Origin: Octopus sinensis
Lineage: Eukaryota
Assembly: GCF_006345805.1 (NCBI RefSeq)
Contig: NW_021827290.1
Location: 1 to 10,971 of the forward strand
Length of the DNA: 10,971 bases
Direction: 5' to 3'
Of the stretch, positions 1 through 8,993 are shown in pieces. The translations under genes and the position numbers were made by a program. Below the pieces are notes generated by a model, which saw nothing but the letters and a program-made list of their open reading frames with translations, had not been told where the DNA came from and did not search any database. Numbering within the stretch: position 1 is the stretch's first letter; every line of letters begins with the position of its first letter.

Positions 1-47
1 TGAACAGACTTATTATAAAAGGTATTTCAATAATGACCATGATCATA

Positions 48-446
48 GGTGTTGGCGTGGCTGTGTAGTAAGAAGTTTGGTTCCCAAATACACGGTTCCG
101 GGTTCAGTTCCACAGTGTGACATCTTGGGCAAGTATGTTCTGTTATAGTCTCGGGCCGACCAAACCCTTATGAGTGGGTTTTGTGGACGAAAACTGAAAG
201 AACCCGCCGTATATCCATACATAAATATATATTTATGTGTATGGCTTTGTGTTCGTACTTGTATCTCAACATCGCTTGACGATCGGTTCTACTGTGTTTA
301 CGTCCCCGTCACGAAAGAGACCGACAGAAGAAGTACCAAGTTTGAAGAAGAAAAAAAGTACTGGGGTCGATTAATTCAACCTAAAATTCTTCGAGGCGTT
401 GCCCCAGCCTGGTCGCAGTCCAATGACTGAAACAAGTTAAAGATAA
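48..446 (+). mobile_element. tRNA-derived SINE, octopus-type, near full length
   Basis: Head has pol III A-box-like (TGGCTGTGTAGTAAG) and B-box-like (GGTTCAGTTCC) motifs, then ...GACCAAACCCTTATGAGTGG...AAACTGAAAGAACCCGCCG, a short TA/TG-rich centre, and a 3' half ending AAGTACTGGGGTCGAT...GCAGTCCAATGACTGAAACAAG. Homologous to 835-1709 (-) and 4425-4810 (+) in this window. Family assignment is from recalled similarity. Confidence 0.85.
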
Positions 447-517
447 ACGATGTATTCTTTATACATAAACTTCTACGCCTGTAGATTCTGCAGGCATCAA
501 CGGAGAGGACTAACAAG

Positions 518-683
518 ATGGAGCAATCAGTGCTTTCTCTAGTATTTATGTTGGTGTTGATGATGTTGAGTGATTCTGCAGAATCTGAATTCCGCCCCAC
601 GGTGAACGTCATTTTATTGGGAGATTTGAAGTTTGAGACAGTGGCGCAGGCATCTTTTTGTTGTGGAGAACAGGTGGACGGAG
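518..683 (+). CDS. Candidate first coding exon: signal peptide plus start of a Cys-containing extracellular domain
   Basis: AAGATGG Kozak-like start; MEQSVLSLVFMLVLMMLSDSAES is signal-peptide-like; possible acceptors at 484 or 493; donor GAG|GTAGGC at 683/684 (phase 1). Non-repetitive island between repeats. Confidence 0.45.
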
Positions 684-731
684 GTAGGCTGTGGGATCAT
701 TTAACCGATTAATAAGGCAACTAGGTGTGAT

Positions 732-777
732 TGTGTGTGTGTGTGTGTGAGTGTGTGTTGTGTGTGTGTGTGTGTGT
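732..777. repeat. (GT)n microsatellite
   Basis: Directly visible. Confidence 0.95.
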
Positions 778-1051
778 CTATGTCTGGAAAGTAGAAAAGG
801 AAGCCTTAAAAAAGAGTGGTTGTAATTAGTTTAACTTTTATCTTTCATATGTTTCAGTCATTAGATTGCGGCCATGCTGTGGCACTGCCTTCAAGAATTT
901 AACCGAATGAATCGCCCCCAACCATTCTTTTTTCTATAAGCCTGATACTTATTTTAGCGTAACACTTTTGCCGAACCGCTAAATTGCAACGATATAAGCA
1001 CACCACCAGCAGTTGTCAAGCAGTAGTGGGGAAGAAACACCAACACAAAGG

Positions 1052-1335
<284 letters not shown>

Positions 1336-1345
1336 TAACTACATG

Positions 1346-1531
1346 TGTATCGTTGGCGATTTCTCCTCCATCTTTGGACTTTCCTCCTTCTCCTTTCCGA
1401 CAAAGTGCTATTCTCGAAATGTCAAACTCTCTCCTTTCAGCGAGCGTCAAACTAATACATTTTTTGTGCACGTCCTCAAGTTCGTCTTTTTGGTATTTTT
1501 AATTTGAATTGTTTGTTTATTTGAATTGACA
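1346..1531 (+). mobile_element. Short non-coding repeat with a decayed minimal hammerhead (copy 1 of 3), probably Penelope-associated
   Basis: Shares TTGGACTTTCCTCC, CTCGAAA.GT.AAA and GAGCGTC..CTAAT with 4821-5023, and GAGCG.CA.ACTAATACA...TTCGTCTTTT with the minus strand of 8307-8515. Ends at a (TA)n tract. Confidence 0.65.
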
Positions 1532-2149
1532 ATATATATATATATATATTATATCTATATATATATATATATATATTATACACGACAAGTTTCTTTCAGT
1601 TTCTGTCTGCCAAATTCACTTACAAGGCTTTGGTCGGCCTGAGGCTCCATAGCAGAAGACACCTGTAGTTTGGAAGCAAACTTCTTACCTAACAGCCACA
1701 CCTGCGCCTGCTGTATATGGATGAGTTAGCATATGTTGTGTAGGGTCAAGCTGTAATATTATCGTTTCAACCTTGGTTTTATTTATATTGCTTTTGCACC
1801 AGGGTGCATAGTGGTCATTGAAATATTTTCTAAATGTTCGAGAGTGTATTAAGTGTTGTATTAAACACATCAACAAACAGATATATAAACTGTCGATGTT
1901 AATACAAAAAAGGATTTAGTTAGATGAGACGAATGAAGAGCTTGGTGGTAGAGTGTATATATTTACTATGTCAAGGTATTTCGTGTTTATTTATTTTGAA
2001 TGCTTACATTTCGAGTATATTATCATGTTATGTTGGTAGTCTCTCAATTCCGAGAACGACGAGTAGCAATTTCTTGTTGAATATCTTGACCAAATGATTT
2101 TCTTACATCGATCAAATGTTTGAGCTCGCTCTCTCCCTCCAAAAAATGG

Positions 2150-2302
2150 ACATTGCCTGTACAGACGTGCTGGGCGACACACGTCAGGTATATAAGTGAT
2201 CGCAGAATAACGTGAAATAAAGAGTTTTACTCAAGAACACAACGCGTCTAGGAATCGATATCGCAGGATCGCAGTCCAGAGCGCAACACCCTTACTGGGC
2301 CG
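2150..2302 (-). mobile_element. Degenerate tRNA-derived SINE fragment, second family
   Basis: GAGTTTTACTCAAGAACACAACGCG...AGGAATCGATA...CAACACCC reads as an antisense tRNA-like head; homologous to GTGTTTTTGTTAAAGAACGCAACGCG at about 9659-9685. Confidence 0.55.
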
Positions 2303-2325
2303 TGCTCGTCTCATTGTGTTATATT

Positions 2326-2530
2326 AGGTAGCGAATTGGCAGAAACGTTGGAGCATCGCACGAAATACGATATTCTGAGTTCAAAACACACAACGAAAAA
2401 CCTTGGTTTTCATCCTTCCAGGGTCGATCAATAAAGTACCAGTCTTCGAAAATAGACTGGGGGAATCGTTAGAATGGTGAACGAAATGCCTTGTGGTATT
2501 TATTTCGACTATTTTATTCCCAGCCTCAAT
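2326..2530 (+). mobile_element. Degenerate SINE, third family, followed by a second head fragment
   Basis: TTGGCAGAAACGTT (A-box-like), TTCTGAGTTCAAA (B-box-like), TTTCATCCTTCCAGGGTCGATCAATAAAGTACCAGT core; homologous to 9720-9891. Confidence 0.65.
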
Positions 2531-2628
2531 AAATGGTGTTGAAATCTCCACCGTGCACAGACCACAGGTAATCGTGGATAGCATTAGAAAGAGTCATGAC
2601 GTTCGCTGAGTGTTAGAGGCATGCGGTT

Positions 2629-2861
2629 ATGATGGCAACGACGCCCACGCCGACGATGATGACAATGGTGATGATGATAACGATGATGCTGATGGTAAAG
2701 ATGATGATGGTGATGGTGATGACGACGACGATGAGGATGAAGATGATGAAGATGATGATGACGACGACGATGATGATGATGGTGATGACGATGATGGTAA
2801 TTATGATGATGATGAAGACGATGATGCTGTATGGTGATGACAATGACGATGAGGATGAAGG

Positions 2862-2925
<64 letters not shown>

Positions 2926-2927
2926 AG

Positions 2928-2967
<40 letters not shown>

Positions 2968-2969
2968 AG

Positions 2970-3006
<37 letters not shown>

Positions 3007-3061
3007 GATGCTGCTACTGTTGCTACTGCTGATGATAACAATGATGATCATAATCATCATT
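2629..3061. repeat. Imperfect (GAT)n trinucleotide array, about 430 bp
   Basis: Directly visible; pure core about 2862-3003 with degenerate flanks. Explains the poly-D/M/I/S/H ORFs. Confidence 0.95.
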
Positions 3062-3606
3062 GTCATATGCTACATTGGTGTTCGAGCGATATCTGTAACA
3101 TATGTTGGGATTGTTATGTAACTTACGGGACTTCCATTGAATTTCGACTAGATCGGTCACATCGCAGCGAAATCTGTGATTTCTTCTCATATTTCCGATT
3201 GTCTCTCATATAATAATAAATTCTATGTCATATAGTATTTTATACAACTTTTTATGTTATTAGTTCGTATATTTTCCATTTTTTGTCGTGTTGTGATCTG
3301 GACATTTTTCTAGTCGTAACTGTGTGTGCATTCTGTATGCAATGTTACAATGTCGGTTTTATTCTGAGTGGTACCATACGTATGGGAAGGGAGATAATTA
3401 ATGTTATCCCGGTTGTGTTTTATTGTATTTTGCATTTTAAAATGAAATTTTAATATTTTTTGTTTTTTGTATACGTGCAAATATCTTGTCGGACATTGGC
3501 TGTTTCCAACGAATTTAATTAATATCCGTTTCGTACGGAATCGAAGCATTCAGTCCATTTCTACACGTGATGTTACTCACATACATAAATATAATCATTT
3601 TAAGAA

Positions 3607-3840
3607 GAATGCCCAACAACTCCTCTTGTGTATAAAGCCGCTGTAACAATAGCATGGGGCATTGTAAGCAGGACTTTCACAGAATGCTTTCAAAACCAGT
3701 GCACACGGCAGCAAAGAATTCATTCAACATCTTTCTCCCAATACATCTGGAAGTATAAAAAATTCACAGCATGTGTAAGTGGAACAGAAACTGATACAAC
3801 TTATGTATTGTAGAGAAATACAACATATTAACAGCAAAAG
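3607..3840 (+). pseudogene. Decayed GIY-YIG endonuclease C-terminal remnant of a Penelope-like retroelement
   Basis: ECPTTPLVYKAAVT...GIVSRTFTECFQNQ...STSFSQYIWKYK...CVSGT, then after a frameshift YNLCIVEKYNILTAK. Matches the recalled motif order C..(I/L)VYKA.V / YIG.T...F..R..NH / ST.LS.YIW.LK / CNLC..EK..I of PLE GIY-YIG domains, with internal deletions. Confidence 0.65.
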
Positions 3841-4096
3841 ATAATTAGTTACACAGAATTGTCAAGTTATTTCCTGATGCTTTCACAGAAAAATATCTCA
3901 AGATCATTGAAGCTCAGGTATATTAAATGAACCAGCAGAGCAACCTCCTTTCCGAGTTAAGAGGGCATAGGATTATCCGTCTAGTGACTCTCCAAACGTA
4001 CCTCATCACGCTACAAGAGCACGGGTTTCCAATGAAAGTAATCTTTAGATCGTTGTGTACTGATTGCTGGAACAAAATCCGCCATACATTTTGATT

Positions 4097-4140
4097 GTCA
4101 TCTGAAGAATATCATCAAACGACATACTTTGAGCATCGAC
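4097..4140 (+). ncRNA. Heavily decayed type I hammerhead-like motif downstream of the GIY-YIG remnant
   Basis: GTCAT-CTGAAGA-A-TATCAT CAA ACGACA-T-[GAA missing]-ACT TTG AGC-A-TCGAC; flanked by CCGCCA (4079-4084) and TGGCGG (4150-4155). Core is incomplete, so predicted inactive. Confidence 0.35.
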
Positions 4141-4230
4141 TAAGTGAATTGGCGGTTTCGGGCAAATATATACATATATGCTGTACAATATGCACAGAGT
4201 AATGGTTCTCTTGTTCATTAAACCACAACA

Positions 4231-4326
4231 TGTACAATGTGCGTATGTGAGCGTGCGCGAATGTGAATACACACTTGTGTGAGTGTGTATTCACATTCGC
4301 GCACGCTCACATACGCACATTGTACA
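4231..4326. repeat. Perfect 45-bp inverted repeat with 6-nt spacer
   Basis: 4231-4275 is the exact reverse complement of 4282-4326; spacer TGTGTG. Confidence 0.95.
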
Positions 4327-4424
4327 CAAGTGTGTATGTATATAAAATATATATACATATTACATATATATACTTGAAAATACTCTCACACACACACACA
4401 CGCACACATATCTATATAATGGGT

Positions 4425-4810
4425 GTAGCCTGTGTCTGACGAAAGCTTTGTGAGTGGATTTTGCAGGAGGAAACTAAAAGAAGCCCGTCGTATACACGCA
4501 CACACACACACATCATTGCTTGATAATCTCGGCCCTTGAGTTACTCTGCTGCTTTTACTAAATATTAATAAAATATATTTATCGTATATACGTGTGTGTT
4601 CTTTTGAATTTGTGTTTGTCTCCCACCACCGTTGACAGCCGGTGATGGTTTGTTTATGTCTCTGTAACTTAGCGGTTCAGCAAAAGAATACGATGAAGAG
4701 TTCCAGACTTAAAGAAAAATAAGTACTGGGGTCGATTCGTTCGATTAAACTCTTCAAGGTGATGCACCAGTATGGCCACATTTCATTGAATGAAACAAAT
4801 AAAGGATAAT
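4425..4810 (+). mobile_element. 5'-truncated SINE, same family as 48-446
   Basis: AAAGCTTTGTGAGTGGATTT...GAAACTAAAAGAAGCCCGTCG, (CA)n centre with about 70 bp of extra sequence, GTAACTTAGCGGTTCAGCAAAAG...AAGTACTGGGGTCGAT...TGAAACAAATAAAGGATAA. Confidence 0.85.
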
Positions 4811-4820
4811 AAAACCAAAT

Positions 4821-5023
4821 GTGAATCGTTGACGACTTTTTCCTCCGTATTCCTTTTCTATTGGACTTTCCTCCGTCTGTTTATGAAGAAGAGCTTTGCT
4901 CGAAACGTAAAACCACCTTTCTTTCCTCCCCTGAGCGTCTGCTAATTCTTTACATGTACCACGTTCACGCGTTGTTGTCTTTTTGTGTTTATTCTTCAGT
5001 TTTTTTTTGGGGGGGGGGTTTAC
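4821..5023 (+). mobile_element. Short non-coding repeat with a minimal hammerhead (copy 2 of 3)
   Basis: Homologous to 1346-1531 and 8307-8515 (-); ends at (TA)n/(TG)n. Confidence 0.7.
4879..4913 (+). ncRNA. Minimal type I hammerhead motif, C3-to-A variant
   Basis: GTTT-ATGAAGA-A-GAGC TTT GCTC-GAA-ACGT-A-AAAC: stem I GTTT/AAAC, stem II GAGC/GCTC, palindromic ACGT stem III, GUA site. Confidence 0.65.
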
Positions 5024-5267
5024 TATATATATATGTATATACATGTGTGTGTGTGTGTGTGTGAGTGTGAGTGTGTGTATACATATATATATACATACAT
5101 ATATTCTTTCGTTATGAAGATTCTTAAGAATCAAGGCAAATCAACTCGTAGGACGCTAGAAATGGCTAGGTACGATATCATAGACTTCACAGTGAAATAA
5201 ACGTTGAAGACTTCAAGTGTTGCAGGATACAGTAGATATGCAAGTAGAAATCCATATATTTTTAAAT

Positions 5268-5328
<61 letters not shown>

Positions 5329-5405
5329 TGTATGTATGTATGTATGTATGTATGTATGTATGTATGCATGTATGTATGTATGTGTGCGTGTGTGTGAGTG
5401 CGTGT
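5268..5405. repeat. Compound (CA)n(TA)n(TATG)n(TG)n microsatellite
   Basis: Directly visible. Confidence 0.95.
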
Positions 5406-5536
5406 AAAGATTTATGTCAAAACAAAAGTATTATACTTCGCTATGAGCATTATGTTATAGCAGTTTTTTTTTATCTGCTGACAGTTGAAGATGCTGCAGT
5501 ATGAAAAATACTTCTACATATACTAATATGCATTCA

Positions 5537-5610
<74 letters not shown>

Positions 5611-5734
5611 CTATCTTCTATTTATCTCTCTCTCTCCTCTCTCTCTCTCTCTATCTATCTATATATCTATCTATGTATCTCTCTCCTCTGTATATATACA
5701 TATGTTAATATATTATATATATATATATATATAG

Positions 5735-5783
<49 letters not shown>

Positions 5784-5858
5784 GTATATAATATATTGTA
5801 TATATTTAGTATATATGTTATATATATATATGTATATATTTAGTATATATGTATATAT
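5537..5858. repeat. Compound (TATC)n(TC)n(TA)n microsatellite
   Basis: Directly visible. Confidence 0.95.
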
Positions 5859-5919
5859 GAAACTGCTGGACTGAAATGACTCATCTGGTTGATATTGTTG
5901 TGGGGATTATTTATTGTAG

Positions 5920-6078
5920 GAGCATGTTCTGGCTGGATGTATGGTATTCCCTGCAAGAAACTCTGGTGCCATACCCCACTCTTTCGCATCTTCGTTGATT
6001 TATCCGCAGAAGAACGTAACATCGGTTATACACTGAGAATCAACATTGGGTTACACGATGTCGTTTTAGAAATAGAAG
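5920..6078 (+). CDS. Candidate internal exon, 159 nt, phase 1-1
   Basis: Acceptor TTATTTATTGTAG|G, donor AAG|GTGAGA; open frame (G)ACSGWMYGIPCKKLWCHTPLFRIFVDLSAEERNIGYTLRINIGLHDVVLEIE joins in frame to 518-683. Confidence 0.5.
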
Positions 6079-6762
6079 GTGAGAAAGGACTTGAAAGGTG
6101 CAGTCTGATGCTTGGAGCCATTTAGAGCAGTGTTCCCAGTCAGGCCATCCATTGTGTACTCTGTCTAATAACTGGACTGCACTCAAGAGGATTGTTCTTC
6201 ATACTAAATACTCATAGCGGAGAGTGTCACGCATGTAACACAGTGAACTGATGAACTCCTCTGGGGTTTGTAAAATATGGAAATTTAGCAAACAGGGCAA
6301 TTCATGTCACCCACCATACGTTTTGAAAAATAAAGGCAATGCAGACTGAAATACCCCTTGTCTTTAAAGTAAAGACAATGGATAAGGTCTTTAAATTCCA
6401 GACATGTTCCACTCTTATTCGGTCTCCTCAGGGAAGTCAATTAGATCCAGTTGTTAAGACTTGTGAAATATAGAGAATTAGTGACTCTAATAATGAATGT
6501 CACCAACATGGCTGAAGGACAAGAACACAGGCTACTGTTGTGAATAATACTGAAAAAGCATAAGATAGAGTCTCATGATGTATGAGATAGACCCAATAAT
6601 ATTAAGTTAATTCAAATTGTTTCGAAAATAAACAGAATACAACTAGGAGTAGATCTTGTCTTAAAAATAAAAATAAAACTGGTGACAGCAATGTAATAGT
6701 ATGCTCAACTCAGCTGCCAACTTTTAGAACTGATAAAATGTGTATTTTGTGTTTGTGAGAGT

Positions 6763-6788
6763 ACACACACACACATACACACACACAC

Positions 6789-6840
<52 letters not shown>

Positions 6841-6866
6841 CTCACACGCACACATATATACATACA
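6763..6866. repeat. (CA)n microsatellite
   Basis: Directly visible. Confidence 0.95.
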
Positions 6867-6916
6867 TTGGGTTTGTGTCGAATAAATAAGTAGGGAGTAC
6901 TCAATACATGTTATAG

Positions 6917-7030
6917 AGGATATGGATTCTTTTACTGAAACTGAAGTTCAGCGTTTCACACGTTCGCTTGAGGATCGTAGTTTACCTGAATCTCGAGTTA
7001 TCGCAGTTTCTCTCTCCCTCTATGTATTAT
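6917..7030 (+). CDS. Candidate third exon; 3' boundary uncertain
   Basis: TGTTATAG|AG acceptor (weak pyrimidine tract), phase-1 compatible; (E)DMDSFTETEVQRFTRSLEDRSLPESRVIAVSLSL. Donor could be the GT at 7024 or 7031, at the edge of a (TATG)n tract. Confidence 0.3.
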
Positions 7031-7193
7031 GTATGTATGTATTATGTATGTATGTATGTATGTATGTATGTATGTATGTATGTATTCATGTATGTAAATG
7101 TCTGTAATGATGTATGTATGTATGTATGTAATGTTGTATGTATGTATATATATATAATATATATAATATATTATATATATAATATATATATAT
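7021..7193. repeat. (TATG)n then (TA)n microsatellite
   Basis: Directly visible. Confidence 0.95.
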
Positions 7194-7199
7194 TGTATA

Positions 7200-7851
7200 A
7201 ATTTTCTCTGATTTTTCAGATTTTTGTATGCTAGGCTATTGTTTTAAATTGATATTAATTAAATTAATATTAAATTTATCTCCCTCATTGTTTAAATGTT
7301 AAAATGAATATGTTCTCTAATATGTTCTCTAATTAACTGCAGTAAATTATTTGCTGCAGACTTTGCTTCCAGAATTTTAGCGCGCCAGAACTAAGACATT
7401 TGAAATTAACCCCAATGTAATCGGTGAAACTAAACACGTGTCTGTTTTTATACGGAAAGCTGGTGGTTAGTTTTACAAATTACATTACATGTGGAACGAT
7501 CACACTGACGAATCTACGGACAATTGGATTATATAAGTGATTCATTTGTTAATAGGCGAAATCGCCGGTCTGTGATTAATTCTGTTTTTTTTTTATATAA
7601 TTTTCATCTGTCTTGCCCGCATATGGTTCTGGTGTCCGCTGAATTTTCCTCTAGAGAACATTCTTTTCTTTGTAGTTTGATAGTAGGTGATCTACTTCTA
7701 GCATGCGGCTGACCACCTAGTGGTTCTTCTCTTTAAATATACACATGTATTAGAATTTTCTCTGATTTTTCAGATTTTTGTATGCTAGGCTATTGGTTTT
7801 AAATTGATATTATTAAATTAATTTTAAATTTATCTCCCTCATTATTTAAAT
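7200..7851 (+). mobile_element. Retrozyme-like or non-autonomous Penelope-like element: 554-bp unit plus 98-bp terminal direct repeat, carrying a hammerhead
   Basis: 7200-7297 is repeated at 7754-7851 with 4 differences; (TA)n on both sides; no credible ORF; HHR at 7498-7577. Confidence 0.7.
7498..7577 (+). ncRNA. Type I hammerhead ribozyme with intact catalytic core
   Basis: Stem I GATCACA (7498-7504)/TGTGATT (7571-7577); CTGACGA (7505-7511); long stem II (TCTA/TAGG, GACAA/TTGTT, TGGATTAT/GTGATTCA, loop ATAA); GAAA (7558-7561); short stem III ATC-GCC-GGT; GUC site with predicted cleavage after C7570. The 10.1-11.1 position is an A.C mismatch. Confidence 0.8.
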
Positions 7852-7880
7852 ATATATAATATATATATAATTATGTATAT

Positions 7881-7912
<32 letters not shown>

Positions 7913-7933
7913 GTATGTATATATATATGTATG

Positions 7934-7974
<41 letters not shown>

Positions 7975-7988
7975 TATATATATATAAT
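7852..7988. repeat. (TA)n/(TATG)n microsatellite
   Basis: Directly visible. Confidence 0.95.
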
Positions 7989-8063
7989 AAATATTAGGGA
8001 ATAATCCAAATTTACAGGGAAAAAATCAGATTTAGGATTAAATCCATTTTATAGTAAAATATT

Positions 8064-8232
8064 TAAAATATTATTAGAGACAAAACCACTATTTTGCAAA
8101 CAAACAAGGAAAGACTTAATCAATACATAAAATTTAATAATAGTCAATTGACTATTTATTAAAATTTTATGTATTGATTGAAGTCTTTCCTTGTTTGTTT
8201 GCAAAATAGTGGTTTTGTCTCTAATAATATTT

Positions 8233-8234
<2 letters not shown>
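8064..8234. repeat. 171-bp spacerless palindrome, arms 84 and 87 bp
   Basis: Centre GTCAA|TTGAC at 8147/8148; the arms differ only by three single-base indels; followed by (TA)n at 8234-8306. Confidence 0.92.
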
Positions 8235-8305
<71 letters not shown>

Positions 8306-8306
8306 A

Positions 8307-8515
8307 ACGGGAAGCTTTATGAAAATAGACAAAAGACGAAGGCAGGTGGAAACAACAACAATTGTATTAGTATGGCGCTCAGAAAATATAAATAAAACAA
8401 GTCTTTAACGTTTCGAGCCTACGCTCTTCAACAGAAAGATACACAGAGAGAAAAAAACACAGAAAGAAGGAGAGAAAAAAATGCGTGCAGTAACTAACGA
8501 ATCAACATGGCGATT
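8307..8515 (-). mobile_element. Short non-coding repeat with a minimal hammerhead (copy 3 of 3)
   Basis: Minus strand reads ...CTCGAAACGTTAAAGAC...CTGAGCGCCATACTAATACAA...CTTCGTCTTTTGTCTATTTT... into (TA)n; homologous to copies 1 and 2. Confidence 0.7.
8402..8439 (-). ncRNA. Minimal type I hammerhead motif, A6-to-U variant
   Basis: Minus strand: TCTTT-CTGTTGA-A-GAGC GTAG GCTC-GAA-ACGT-T-AAAGA; stem I TCTTT/AAAGA, stem II GAGC/GCTC, palindromic stem III. Confidence 0.65.
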
Positions 8516-8602
8516 TCGGCCAGAGGTCAAAGATCAAACATGAGACGCGAGAGCGAATAAGGGGAGATAATAGAGTTGATATAGGGTTGAATGACCAGCT
8601 AT

Positions 8603-8673
8603 TAGTGCGTAGGAGGGGTCTGGACGTGTGTTGTATAGGGTTGGTGTATGTATTAGTATGTATTAGTATGTAT

Positions 8674-8708
<35 letters not shown>

Positions 8709-8950
8709 AGAGAGTATAGTGCGTAGGATAGGTCTGGACGGGCGTATGTATGGGGTTGGTGTATGTATTAGTATGTTTAGTATGTATTAGTACGTATTAG
8801 TATGTTATGTGTGTGTGTGTGTATGAGAGAGTATAAGTGCGTATGAGGGGTCTGGACGTGTGTATGTATAGGGTTGGTGTATGTATTAGTAGTATTAGTA
8901 TGTATTAGTACGTAATTAGTATGTATTTAGTTGGTGTATGTATTAGTATG
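8603..8950. repeat. Three tandem units of about 115 bp, each containing 10-bp (GTATGTATTA)n sub-repeats, with (GT)n in the first two
   Basis: Units start at 8603, 8717 and 8834 with TAGTGCGTA.GA..GGTCTGGACG...GGGTTGGTGTATGTATTAG. Confidence 0.9.
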
Positions 8951-8993
8951 GCACATCATATATGATGTGATGTGTAAAGTCGTGTGGTGTAGT

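Noticed and set aside
52-115. tRNA gene
   Set aside because: A/B-box-like motifs are present but there is no cloverleaf; it is the head of a SINE.
170-430. 86-aa ORF
   Set aside because: Lies wholly within a SINE.
2584-3213. Five overlapping poly-D/M/I/S/H ORFs, including an apparent acidic Asp-rich protein
   Set aside because: A (GAT)n array is open in several frames by construction; the Asp frame shifts mid-array and there are no supporting splice signals.
5111-5174. Possible hammerhead GTTATGAAG...GCTAGAAATGGCTA, with palindrome GATTCTTAAGAATC
   Set aside because: Core has multiple mismatches and stems I and III cannot be drawn convincingly; at best a very old relic.
6248-6290. CTGATGA followed by hairpin ACTCC-TCT-GGGGT
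   Set aside because: GAAA does not follow the hairpin and no stem I/III pairing was found; chance match.
8603-8950. CRISPR-like repeat-spacer appearance
   Set aside because: The intervening sequences are homologous to each other, there are no cas genes, and the context is eukaryotic.
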